Source: Raja brachyura (lineage: Eukaryota). From it: 64,000 nt of DNA. Positions 12,711-24,711 of the stretch are shown one piece after another. Both the position numbers and the translations under genes were made by a program. The stretch lies in assembly GCA_963514005.1 (NCBI GenBank), contig OY740799.1, positions 25,978,001-26,042,000 of the forward strand, given 5' to 3'. Each line of letters opens with the position of its first letter. Position 1 is the stretch's first letter. The notes under the pieces were generated by a model. It was not told where the DNA came from and made no database searches. It saw only the letters and a list, made by a program, of their open reading frames with translations.

Positions 12711-13954
12711 GTCCCTAACCCATGCTGGAGTAAACCCTTTCAAAGACTTTAATGAAAATCTTAGGTTTTTACAGCATGGTGATAGCTTCCTCCTGACCTT
12801 CACGGATGTCCTCTTTGGAAAAAGCTGATTTTAAATTCTCAAACTGCCAAAGTGGGACACCGATTATCTTGTCATGAGCCCAGGTCTCTAGATGCCTGGT
12901 TTCTCCAGTTCCCGACTACATGACTTCCCTGGGTTCAATGAAACAAACTTAGCTATAGTGATCAACTGTGTTTTGTGTACTTTTGCAAAAATGCAATGTT
13001 CCATCTTGGGTAGAGGAGGAAGTTGATGAGCAAGACTGTTCCTCCACACCATCATCTTCACCGCACCTGATCTCACAACTATTAACAACCCAGTTTATTG
13101 CATCATTATAAATGGAGGAAGTGACTGCAGAAAGAAATACGCAATGATGCTATTTAAATGGACGGCAACAGCATTACCTAAATTTACAGCTTTAAAACCA
13201 CAAAAGATGTGTAAGATCTGTTTTAAAAAAAAAAAAGTCCAGAATTAGCTTAGCTGGTTGTGAAATACTGCGAGTTACTCTCTCAGTTGTCGTCTACTTA
13301 TGACATGCAATCTTTAAATGTAACCACAGTGATTTGAATCACCGTTTATCATAATTCACCAGTTGCGTCAGACACTGTCTGCTGCTAAGGTGTCTACATT
13401 TTGAGACATGACCCAAGTCAGAGATCTTTGAAAGTCAGAGATCTTTCTATTTGTCTGCTTCACTACTGGGTTACCATTGATTTTAGCAGTAAAGCGCTTC
13501 CGTGTTCAGCTCCTCTCCTTTACCTCATGGGGACAGATGATTTAAAAGGGGTCAGTAACCCATATGGAAATAAAAAGGTAAGTGGAGAGATATTGTTGGT
13601 GCTTCAACTTATTTTAATATGTTCAATTATTTGTTAGTTCAGGACCTCCTCGGCATACAGACGCTCAACTTGTGTATGGCCTGTACATACGAGCGAGCAT
13701 TTGGGAGCCCGGCGGGATGGATTTGCTGGCTGCTACAGAGCTGCAGGCATCTTCTACCGCGTGGGAATTCAGATCACAGCAGCATTTCCAACATGTGCAC
13801 TGTGCAGGTCACACACAGTTTACAGCAATGGGACTCGCCATAACCTGGGGAGGACCCGCAATTTAAACTAATTTTCCTTATTTTAACTGTTGCAATCATT
13901 TTTACGTTGTAATTTGTATGCTCGATAATCCATTCAACACCTTTTAAATTTTTT

Positions 13955-14468
13955 GATTATCATAAGATCAAAAGGCATAGGAGCAGAATTAGGCCATTCA
14001 GTCCATTGAGTCAGAGTACCTTCTTAAGTCAAAGATAGACAAATTCTTGATTAGAACAGGTTTCAAGGGTAATGTGGAGAAGGCAGGAAAATGGGATTAG
14101 GAGGCAGAGATCGGCCATGATTGAATGGTGGAGTAGACTCGATGGGCCGAATGCCTAATTCCACTCCTATAACTTGTGAACCTGCAAGTCTACTGCACAA
14201 TTCGATCATAGCTGATGCATTTTTTCCTCTCAGCCCCATTCTCCTGCTTTCTCCCCGTAACCTTTGACGCCCTTACTAATCAAAAACTGTCAATCTCTAC
14301 TTTAAAAATACCCAATGACTTGGCTTCCACTGCCATCAATGGCAATTCACCACATCTGCCTAAAGAAATTCCTCCTCATCTCCTTTAATTCTGAGGTTGT
14401 GCCCTCTGGTTCTAGACTCTCCAACTATTGGAAACATCCTCTCCACATCCACTCTGTCTAGGTCTTTC
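13955..14468 (-). mobile_element. CR1 3' fragment (minus) with a nested plus-strand CR1 3' end (~14020-14182)
   Basis: ataggagcagaattaggccattc...ctctggttctagactctcc is the reverse of the CR1 3' end; the inner copy reads gatagacaaattcttgatta...gatgggccgaatgcctaattc. Confidence 0.7.
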
Positions 14469-14620
14469 AAAGAAACATTTGAGAATAGTTCAAAGGCCTT
14501 TGAAAGCCCTATGTTGGTGAGTCAGGGGTCAGGGCTCAACGGATAGCTGACTGAAGCCTGCTCACTGCCTACCGCCTCACAGAATGGGTTCTTGGGTGCA
14601 AAAGGTCAGCTCATCCTAAT

Positions 14621-14912
14621 TTAGAGCGGAAACAGGCCGTTCGACCCACCGAGTCCTCATCAACCTGAGATCCCCATTACACTAGCATCATCCTGCACAC
14701 TAGGGATAATTTACAATCCTTACCAAAGCCAATTAATCTACAAACCTGTACGTCTTTGAAGTATGGGAGGTAACCGGAGCACCCAGGGAAAACCCACGCG
14801 GTCATGCGGAGAATATACAAATTTCACACTGACACCACCTGTGGTCAGGATGGAATCCAGGTCACCGGCACTGTAGGGCAGCAACTCTACCGCTGCGCTA
14901 CCATGCCGCCCC
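14621..14912 (-). mobile_element. tRNA-derived SINE (HE1-like)
   Basis: Reverse complement of the SINE at 7862/29306: ggggcggcatggtagcgcagcggtagagttgctgcc... Confidence 0.85.
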
Positions 14913-15749
14913 ATACTGGAGTATGTCCTTGTGACGGAATAATTGTGTACAACACACTGGCAACATATGACGTTTTGTTCTGTGCAAGCATTTCATTTTA
15001 AAGTTCCTTCAAGCAAATCCACGCTAAATATATACCAGCACGTGCATTAAATTGCCTGGATGCATTGCCTCCGTATAGCAATTGAATGGAACCATTTACA
15101 CAGCAGCAAAGCTGCAGCTGGAATGCTACACGTCACTATTAAATTGGGCTGAAGTTTCAAGTACTTCACTGTATCCCACAAACGATCCCAAGACACTTCC
15201 CAGCAGTGTGCTCCAGGACGTTTTAACAATTAGCTATGTTGAGATTTTGGAGCAGAAAGATATCTTGAGTTCTATAAAAGATCTTTGACCTGAAACACTA
15301 ACACTCTTTCTAATTTTAGCACCATCTAATTTAACACTGTTAGTTTAAATCAATCCAACATTCATTTTGTTTGAAGTATGTGCAAATCCAACAAAGATGA
15401 CTCGTGGGAACAGTGAAAATGGTGAAGGGCTTCAGGTGCCAGTGAAGGTATAACAGAGCAAGTCAGTGCTGCACAACGGGAGAGACCAAGAATTGGCAGA
15501 TAACAGAGACATCAGCAGCTGGCATTTCTGACAATCAGAGGCTGTGTGGCAGCTTGGGATTCATGTGGGCACGTAACTGCTGCTGTATATCTGCATGAGC
15601 CTCCTGCACTGGACCACCCATGGTATCAGACTGATGCTGCATGGTGCGCCTATCATTTTGCACTGCAGTCTATTGCTAACATTAATAGAAACCTCACTGA
15701 CACAGAATACAGGCATAAAATAAACACACTTCCACATGCATCCATGATA

Positions 15750-16240
15750 TATTGAGGGAGTGCAGCGAACGTTCACCAAGTTGGCTGCTCTGACATAAGA
15801 TGGCGGGACTAACATATGATGAAAGAATGCATCAACTGGGTTTATATTGACTGGAATTTAGAAGGATGAGAGGGGATCTTATAGAAACATACAAAATTCT
15901 TAAAGGATTGGACTGGCTAGATGCAGGAAAAATGTTCCCGATGTTGGGGTGTGTCCAGAACCAGGGGTCACAGTTTAAGAATAAGGGGTAGGGCATTGGG
16001 ACCAAGATGAGGAAAAACATTTTCACCCAGAGAGTACAGAAGGCAGTGGAGGCCAATTCACTGGATGTTTTCAAGAGAGAGTTAGACATAGCTCTTAGGG
16101 CTAACGGAATCAAGGGATATGGGGAGAAAGCAGGAATGGGGTACTGATTCTGGATGATCAGCCATGATCATATTGAATAGTGGTGCTGGCCCGAAGGGCC
16201 GAATAGCATACTCCTGCACCTATTTTCTATGATTCTATAT
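15750..16240 (+). mobile_element. Relatively young CR1 3' fragment
   Basis: gagggagtgcagcgaacgttcacc, RMRGDLIETYKILKGLD.LDAGKMFP, and tail actcctgcacctattttctatg. Confidence 0.88.
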
Positions 16241-16464
16241 CATAATCATAGGGAGATAACCCATGGACACAGAATCTACAACTCACTGGCACACTATTAG
16301 AAGCGATTTAGAATGGCAAAATTAACCTGCCAACCAACACATCGGTTGAATGTGGGAGGAATTCGGAGCACCTGGAGGAAACTTGCATGCTCACAGAGAG
16401 ATCATGCAAACTCCACAATGAGAGTACCAAAGGACAGGGCACCACAGAAAGCATGAGGAGTGAT

Positions 16465-16812
16465 CATACTGAAACATATAGGACCGTTCGAGGCGCATGG
16501 CAGGTTAGAAGACAAGATATTCCATTGGGGGGAGAGTCTCCAATGAGAGAACATTGATATAAGATAAAGGGGCTATCGTTTAAACCAGCGTTGAGAGAAC
16601 TCACAGATAGTGGTGAATCTTTGGAATGCCCTGCCCCAGAGGGCTGTGGAGTCTGGATCATTTGGGGGCATTTTAAAAGGAAGATTAAGATGTTTAAGAT
16701 CTCTGGGGAACAGGCACAGCGGAGGAGTTGAGGCCAGCATAGATCAGCCATGACCATACTGAATGGCAGGGCCAAGCTGCCTATTCCTGCTCCTATTTCC
16801 TAAAGTTCTTAT
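16465..16812 (+). mobile_element. Older CR1 3' fragment
   Basis: atactgaaacatata..., gtggtgaatctttggaat, gatcagccatgacc, tcctgctcctatttcc tail. Confidence 0.65.
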
Positions 16813-16946
16813 TTGATTCTCTTATTTCTTTGTAACATTTTGAGATCAAGCATGGTTTAGTGTTAGCATTCTGGGCTGAGTTATGTTCAAGGTTTACAGT
16901 CCTACTCTAGACCTTGACTCACAAACCCAGTACTTCTGAGTGAGAG

Positions 16947-17144
16947 GGTTACACAAAAAGCTGGAGAAACTCAGCGGGTGCAGCAGCATCTAAGGAGCGA
17001 AGGAGATAGGCGACGTTTCGGGGGAAGGGTCTCGATCCGAAACGTCGCCTATCTCCTTCGCTCCTTAGATGCTGCTGCACCCGCTGAGTTTCTCCAGCTT
17101 TTTGTAACCCTCGATTCTCCAGCATCTGTAGTTCCTTCTTTAAC
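16947..17144. mobile_element. Penelope-derived hairpin mini-element (second subfamily)
   Basis: Near-perfect inverted arms ggttacacaaaaagctggagaaactcagcggg...gacgtttcgg / ccgaaacgtc...ctccagctttttgtaacc. Direct repeat acttctgagtgagag at 16932-16946 and 17145-17159. Confidence 0.85.
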
Positions 17145-17209
17145 ACTTCTGAGTGAGAGCTAGGCTGCCACGTGATGGGTTAAAGTGAGCTCTCATTTGC
17201 TGAGGGATC

Positions 17210-18395
17210 AGTGGGAGGGAAACTGTTGGAGAGAACTATTGGAGATAGGAGTTACTCACATTTGGAAGAGAATAGGCTAATTATGGTTAGCCAGCATGCC
17301 TTTGTATGCAGCAGATCGTGTCTCACTAACTTGATTCAGTTTTTTCAAGAGGTGACAAAGGAGAAGGTCGGGCAGTGGAAGTTGCATACATGGATTTTAG
17401 TAAGACTTTTGATAAGGTCCCTCATAGTAGACTAATCCAGATGATTAAAATGTCTGGGATTCACAATGACTTGGTTGTATAGATTCAGAATTGGCTTATT
17501 CATAGAAGACAGAGGGGCTATTGTAGAAAGTAGATTTTCTGGATGGAGATCTGTGACTTAAGGTTCCGCAGGGAACTGTTCTGGGACCTCTGCTGTTTGC
17601 GATTTTATATATATACATATATATATATGACCTAGACATAAATATAGATGGATTGGTGAGTAATATTGCTGATGGCACCAATATTGGAGGGGTTGTAGTC
17701 AGTGAAGAAGGCTGTCAGAAGATAGAGCGGATTATAGATCGGCTGCAGAAATGGGCAGTAGAATGGCAGATGGACTTTAACCTGAGCAATTGTGAGGTGT
17801 TGCACTTTGGGAGGTTGAATGTAAGGGGAGAATATAGTGTTATTGGTAAGACCCTCGACAACATTGACTTGCAGATGGATCTTGAAGTCCATTAATAGCT
17901 TCCGAAAGGTGGTAGATCATGTAGATAGGATGGTAAAGAAGGCATATGGTATGCTTGCCTTTATTGTAAGGCGCTTTGAATCTAAAAGTCAGGAAGTCTT
18001 GATGCAGCTCTGTAGGACCTTGGTTATGCCACATTTGGAGTATTGCGTGCAGTTTTGATTGTCTATTAAGCAGAATGCTTAATTAGAGAGTTTCAGCTCC
18101 AGAAAGAGGTTGGGGAGACTTGGATTGTTTTCTCTGGAACAACGAAGTTGAAGGGAGACCTGATAGAGGTATATCAAATGATGACAGGCATAGATAGGGT
18201 AGATATACAGAACCTATTTTTCCAGGTGGAAATGTCTAATACTAGAGAGCATAGCTATAAGGTGAGAGAGGGAAAGTTTAATAGAGATGTGCAGGGCAAG
18301 ATTTTTTCACAGACAGCAGTGGTGGCCTGGAACGCACTGCCAGGGTTTAGTGGTGGAGGCAGATATGATAGTGTCATGTAAGGGGCTTTTGGATA
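17210..18395 (+). mobile_element. 5'-truncated CR1 LINE RT remnant
   Basis: SQHAFV..RSCLTNLIQFF, VPQGTVLGPLLFAI, IADGTNIGG (FADDT), FN..CEVLHFGR, PHLEYCVQF, KGDLIEVY. Confidence 0.9.
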
Positions 18396-18489
18396 CTATA
18401 ACAGCGCTGCTCTGATCCCCATCACCAGCTGACAACCCAGGAAAGGCCAAACTGCAGCATAATTGCTAAAAGCTGCATCCATTTAGCTG

Positions 18490-18915
18490 ACTTCCCCCCT
18501 CTCCATCCCCTCCCCTCCCCCTCCCCCTTCCAAGTTCCCTGGCCAGTCTAGCTGTCTCCTACTACATATTATCTCTGTTTGCCTTGTTGTTACATTTTCC
18601 TTGATCTCCACTCCCTTTGTCCTGTTTTCACTTATTGTCCTACACTTCCTTATCTATACACTGGGGTACACAAAAGGCTGGAGAAACTCAGCGGGTGCAG
18701 CAGCATCTAAGGAGCGAAGGAGATAGGGGACGTTTCGGGTCGAGACCCTTCTTCAGACACCTTTAACACCTTATCTATACACTTCCTTGTCTATATACCT
18801 CCCACTCCCCTGACATCAGTCTGAAGAAGGGTCTTGACCCGAAATGTCACCCATTCCTTCTCTCCAGAGATGCTGCCTGTCCCGCTGAGTTACTCCATCA
18901 TTTTGTGTCTATCTA
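18490..18915 (+). mobile_element. Penelope pseudo-LTR with a nested minus-strand mini-insertion of the second subfamily (18663-18768)
   Basis: The nested piece is flanked by the 15-bp direct repeat ccttatctatacact (18648-18662, 18769-18783). Hammerhead-like cores at 18729-18756 (-) and 18821-18848 (+). Confidence 0.85.
18729..18756 (-). ncRNA. Minimal hammerhead ribozyme-like core
   Basis: Minus strand CUGAAGA-A-GGGUC-UC-GACCC-GAAAC-GUC, with all conserved core nucleotides and a 5-bp stem II. Confidence 0.55.
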
Positions 18916-19071
18916 AGCTCTACAATGTGTTATTCCTCATGCAATTAACTTTACAATTTTGATTGGCTGAAGAAATTGTCTGCTGGTTTTCCAACATTAC
19001 ATCAGTGAGCACACTGCACAAAGTAAACAAATGTATATACTGTAAAATAGCTTTACTTCAGACTGTAAACT

Positions 19072-19361
19072 ACAGAGATTCAGCAAAGAAACAGGCCCTT
19101 CGGCCCACCGAGTCCTCGCTGACTAGCAATCACCCCATACACTAGCAGTATCCTACACACTAGGGACAATTTACAATTTTACAGGAGCCAATTAACCTAC
19201 AAACCTGCACGTCTTTCGCATGTGGGAGAAAACCACAGCACCCATAGAAAACCCACGCGAGAAAGGGAGAAAGTACAAACTCCAAACAGACAGCATCCAT
19301 AGTCAGAATCAAACCCAATCTCTAGCGCTGTAAGGCAGCAACTCTACCGTTGCACCACTGT
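19072..19361 (-). mobile_element. tRNA-derived SINE (HE1-like)
   Basis: Reverse complement of the SINE consensus seen repeatedly in this window. Confidence 0.85.
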
Positions 19362-19530
19362 ATACTACAAGATCATGGAAACATAGAAACATAAAAATTG
19401 GTGCAGGAGTAGGCTATTCGGCCCTTCGACCCAGTACCGCCATTCAATATGATCATGGCTGATTATCCATAATCAGTACCAGGTTTCTGCTTCTCCCCTT
19501 ATCCCTTGATTCTGTTAGCCATAAATCTAA

Positions 19531-20192
19531 AGGGCCTGTCCCACTTACGTGTCCTTGGCACACAAATTACGCGACCTCGTGGTCGCGTTGAGGCGCACGG
19601 GCATCATATGTCCACGCGGGGCCGGTCCCACTGAGAAGCGCGGAAGAGTATGTAGTTGTGCGCAACGTCGCACGGGGCTCTGAAATATTTGTAGTGAACA
19701 AAATCTTTGCGCGCCAACGGCCTGTCGCGGAACTGGCAGCCAAGGTGGGACAGGCCCAAGACCCTGGCGCAACGCAACATCTCACCTCCAACAGCAGCAG
19801 AAGCAGGCAAACGATCGCCGAGCTCGGCCTGGGGCTCACGGCCGTTGCAGTCCGGATCCGCCCGCACTTTTACTCCCAGAGCGGGGCTAAGAAAATTGAA
19901 CATAGACACAAAATGCAGGAGTAACTCAGCGGGTCCGGCAGCATCTCTGGAGAGAAGGAATGGATGATGTTTCCGGTCAAGACACTTCTTTCAGACTGAA
20001 GAAGGGTCTCGACACGAAACATCACCCATTCCTTCTCTCCAGAAATGCTGTCGGTCCCGCTGAGTTACTCCAGCATTTTGCGTCCATCTTCAAATGACGT
20101 CACGTGCTCCAGACAGCTGTGCGGTCGAATGAAGTCGCGCGTGACCGTTGCGGCTCAACGAGACCACGAGGTCGCGTAATGGGACAGGCTTT
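19531..20192. mobile_element. PIF/Harbinger-type MITE (CpG-rich) containing a Penelope hairpin
   Basis: TAA TSD (19528-19530, 20193-20195); TIRs agggcctgtcccacttacg / cgtaatgggacaggcttt. Confidence 0.85.
19895..20093. mobile_element. Penelope-derived hairpin mini-element
   Basis: ~100-bp inverted arms centred on ttcagactgaa, with two hammerhead-like cores back to back. Confidence 0.85.
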
Positions 20193-21651
20193 TAACTCTC
20201 TCTTGCATACATCCAGTGAATTGACCTCCTCTGCCTTCTGTGGCAGAGAATTGCACAGATTCACAACTCTCTGGTTGAAAAGGTTTTTCCTCATCTCAGT
20301 CCTAAATGGCCTACTCCTTATTCTTAAACTGTGAATCCTGGTTCTGAACTCCCCCAACATCAGGAACATTTTTCCTGCATCTAGCCTGTACAATCCTTTA
20401 AGAATTTTATAAGTTTCTCCCATCCTTTTAAATCCAACGAATATAAGCCCAGTCGATCCATACAACAGAAGATGCAATGTAAATGCAATGACCTTACTTT
20501 CTTGCCCAATATTTGGAACAAGTTATTATAAGTTTAAACAGGGAACTTCAATGGTGAAAAACAAGGAAAAATAGGAATAATGTTTTTGCGGTGGGTTGCA
20601 TTCAACCTTTTCACAAACGTACCTTGTTCTGCAGGAACATCTGCCAAGGAAGCTAATGTATAGGCTGTATATGAAACTTCTGCTTAAATCAAATGCTTAA
20701 CATTGAAGCCTCTTTTCATTTGCAGTTTGTTTAATTAAATCAAATGACCAGGTAGCAAAGGTTACCCTCTACCCCCGCTGCACTGAGCAAAATTAAGATT
20801 AAATTTGGCTTGCAGAGCCCCTTTGTGGCACTTTGGGAAACTACATTCAGTTTTTTTTTTAATGAATTAATAGAAATAATGGAATTTGACAAGGTACAAT
20901 AAGCCCTCTCAAATCTCACTGCATCCCATAGGCAAATTAATTGAAATGTTCCCAAAAGCGTTGAAAGCTACTAATTCATTTCCTGTACCTTCCTTAGTGT
21001 CAAATATTTCCTGCCAGGCAAGTCATTTCCCCAAATATATTCATGCCTTGCATTGAGCTATGCAAGGAAAATTAATTTGAAGCACTTTAATTCCCATAAC
21101 CCTACCAATTCTTGAAGAATAAGGCAAGACGTCGCTTGATTTAGTACAATGAAACAGATTAGGCACCAAGTTATACTCTTTACATTAATTTATTTTTCTG
21201 CCCTTCATTCAATGCCAGTTAAGAAAAGCCAGTGGCAGAAACAATCACATTGTAATTCTAGTGTTGAAAATCTTAGATATGTTCTGGTGAAATTGGCAGC
21301 ATGGCGAGGACCACCAATGCGAGAACAATGTACCTGCAATCCCAATTTCTGAAAAGCATCCTTCGTGACTAAAAGGTAAATCCTGTTCGTAGACATGAAG
21401 CTCACACTTTTAATTATATCTATGTTTTAATACAACCTTTCATTGTTTGTTATGACCTTCTCACAATTTCTAAAATTTCTAAACATTATCATAACATTTC
21501 TAAAATGTTCAAAAATAATTGTAAAAAATAATAATTCTAAAAATAAATAGAATTTCTAAATAAATCATGAACATATTTTCAGTAATACAATGCATGAACA
21601 ATTACCTCTGCCAGAAGGTGTGGTATACAAAATAATGTGTAATATTTTGAA

Positions 21652-21863
21652 GGTAGACACAAAATACTGGAGTAACTCAGCAGGACAGGCAGCATCACTG
21701 GAGAGAAGAAATGGGTGACATTTCAGGTAGTGATCCTTGAAGGGTCTTGACCCGAAACGTCACCCATTCCTTCCCTCTGCAGATACTGCCTGTCCCGCTG
21801 AGTTACTTCAGCATTTTGTGTCTACCTTCGATTTCAACCAGCATTTGCAGTTCCTTCCTACGC
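21652..21863. mobile_element. Penelope-derived hairpin mini-element
   Basis: Inverted arms folded at the hammerhead stem II region. 15-bp TSD gtgtaatattttgaa (21637-21651, 21864-21878). Confidence 0.88.
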
Positions 21864-22292
21864 GTGTAATATTTTGAAATTGCAGCATAGTTCCAGTGGC
21901 AGAATCGGAGGGAAATCTACAAGCGTGCCACCGTACGTTATAATACTAGGGTCTCCAGCAGTGCATTTCACACAGCACATACAAATTATAAATGAGAGAT
22001 CAGCAGGGACCTCCACCTGAGACGGCAGAGTGTTTAGTCAGGGAAGGAAATAATGAGCATTTCATTTGCCATATCAGGGAGTTTGTTTGCTTCCTATTTA
22101 TTAAAATATTATTGAAGCTTTTAATAATCCTGCAGCTGGAAAGGCAATAATGCTGATCTGGCCTGGCCCAGGAGAATAATGTAAAATAGAACAGAGAAGA
22201 AGAATACTGGAGCATTACACCTCCACTTGCTGAAGCAATTTTCTGTAGCTCACATGCTATTTTCTAAAAACCATTAATACAATGTGGTTAGG

Positions 22293-22700
22293 AGTCTGAA
22301 GAAGGTTCTCGACCTGAAATGTCACCTATTCTTATTCTTATTCTCCAGAGATGCTGCCTGACCTGCTGAGTTACTCCAGCATTCTGTGTCTGTCTGTAAT
22401 ACAATATGGTGATTGATGCCTGCAAATAAACATGGCACAATAACGATACGTCAGAAATCCTTCCTGCTGGTGTAAGTATAAATATATCACACTGTTAATA
22501 AAATAAGATAGCTTCCATCGCTTAAGTCTAAGCACTCTATTAGCAGAGGTCAAACTTCAATTACAAACAATGACCCTCAGAAACAATCCCTCCTTCCACA
22601 AAACATGCTAGAGTAATAACTCAGTGGGTCGGGCAGCAACTCTGGAGAGCATGGATAGGTGATGTTTCTGGTCAGGATCCTTCTTCAGACGGGTCTCAAC
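22293..22700. mobile_element. Two short single-arm Penelope terminal fragments (22293-22395 +, ~22600-22700 -)
   Basis: agtctgaagaaggttctcgacctgaaatgtc...gctgagttactccagc, plus a reverse-oriented relative ending at cttcagac. Confidence 0.75.
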
Positions 22701-23670
22701 CTCCACACTATCACTTGAGCGTTTGACCGAGTGTGCAAACGCATGTAAAACTGAATTTTGCTTTTAATCAGATCATTGTTGTTTGATCTACAATGAATGC
22801 CTGCAGTGTGAGCCTTGCCCTGAATTGGAGAAGTAAATGATTTGAATCTCCTTGCAAAGATGATGAAAACAGAAATGAAATTGGAAGATTATTTTAAATA
22901 ATTTACTTGCTTATGTGGTGGGGTTAATGCCTTTGTGAAAGTGCAGCCAAATCACTTCTGCATTGATGACAAATTTTATTAGGTTTATATTAATCAGCAG
23001 AATTTAAGATCACATCCAAATGTGAGGCTATCAACCATCTAAATCAGATGCGTGATTTAGAGCAGCAGTGAAGGTTAGGAGATGTTGTCTGACTAATGAA
23101 TGTTCTTTCTTTACTGCACCTACACTGAATTTTTTTTTAACCAGCAGATAATCATAAATCTTTTGACGACAAGGCATGCTTACAGTTCAAAAAGCAAATT
23201 GCTCTTAAGAAATGAAATTGTTGTCAATCTGCAATAAAATGGAAATGAAGAATAAGTAATGTACTTACATCATCTGCACTTTGAAAATGGAATACAATGA
23301 ATTCAAATAAGTAAAACAATTTTGACCCTCATTTTCTTTCCCTTATCTTCCAATGTCAAGGAAATGAACTTTGCGTTGATGATGGTATCGACAGGTTTAC
23401 ATGCAAAGTAACCACAGTGGCCTGTGTGAGGTTCCCAGCAGGCAGGAACCGACACCAAAGCTAACTCTGCATCAAAAAACTGGATGCATGCAGAAATAAA
23501 TGCATGTAACTAGGTGGTTGTTCACTCTGGGGCAGGTCTTGCAAGGCATTATCCTGCTGTGCAGTACTGCTTGGCTGCACCAGACTACATTTAATTGTAA
23601 AAAAACCCCACTGCTCCCTGATAGCCCAGTTCTCCATCTTGAGATCAAATTCCCAGCCCTTGAGCACAAA

Positions 23671-23897
23671 TGTAGTTTAGTTTAGTTTAGAGTTACTGCA
23701 TGGATGCAGCCCCTTTGGCCCATCTAGTCCATGCAGACCATTGTTCACACTACTTCTATGTCATCCCTTCTTTGCATCCATCCCTACACATCAGGGGCAA
23801 TATTATAGGCAATTTATCCTACAAACCCAAGGTCAGGATTGAACTCAGATCAAACTGTGAGGCAATAACTCTATTAGTTGTGCCACTAGGCTGCCCT
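23671..23897 (-). mobile_element. Degraded tRNA-derived SINE
   Basis: (gttta)n tail and remnants of the SINE head on the minus strand. Confidence 0.6.
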
Positions 23898-24369
23898 GGT
23901 AAAGCCAGTTTTCTTTTTTTCTCTGTAATATCATTTAAAATGTGCTAAATGATTTTAATTTCAGTATAAAGATTTATAGATAAAAATAAAATTATGACTG
24001 CTATCACCAGTATACTGATATCTGAATTATACCTGGTTAGGCACTCCTGCTGTACAATACACTTCATGGAAGGCTAAATTACATCCTACTATTGCAATGG
24101 ACTCTTATCCTTGTCCGAATAAAGAGTTTATGCATGACCTTAACAGGATCCAAAGCAGTGGTGCAGATGCAATGTAATGAACTATAAAGCAAATGAGCTT
24201 AGTTTGATGACAAGTACCAGGATACGGCAGTGACAGTGTCATTAGTCAACTCCACACAGGGACAGTCACCACTATTTATACCGAGCTATTTCTGAGTTCA
24301 CCAAATGTTAGCCATGGAAATATTAAACTTGCATTAGTTGACTTATTTTCTTTATTAAATACATGAATT

Positions 24370-24711
24370 AGAAACATAGAAAATAGGTGCAGGAGTAGGC
24401 CATTCGTTCCTTTGAGTCAGCACCGCCAATCAATATGATCATAGCTGATCGTCCAAAATCAGTACCCCATTCTTGCTTCCTCCCCATGTCCCTTGATTCC
24501 GTTAGCCCTTAGAGCTATGTCTAACTCTCTCTTGAAAACATCCAGTGAATTGGCCTCCACTACCTACTGTGGCAGAGAATTCCACTACCTACAATGGCAG
24601 AGAACTCTCTGGTTGAAAAAGTATTTCCTCACCTCAGTCCAGGATACCCCTTATGCTTAAATTGTGACCCCTGGTTCAGGACTCCCCCGAAAACGGGGAT
24701 ATTTTTCCTGC
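24370..24711 (-). mobile_element. Young CR1 3' fragment
   Basis: agaaacatagaaaataggtgcaggagtaggccattc; same family as 15750 and 19379. Confidence 0.85.

Larger units (their letters stand above)
19379..20457 (-). mobile_element. Young CR1 3' fragment interrupted by a MITE
   Basis: aaacatagaaacat tail; minus ORF GETYKILKGL..LDAGKMF..FRTEMRKN.FNQRVVNL. Confidence 0.88.

Noticed and set aside
19895-20093. Long hairpins as pre-miRNA genes or ordinary DNA-transposon MITEs
   Set aside because: The arms are Penelope terminal sequence, junctions vary, and related copies have variable 10-15-bp TSDs. There is no evidence for a miRNA gene.
21466-21560. Recurrent atttctaaa motif
   Set aside because: Low-complexity AT-rich slippage with no regular period.
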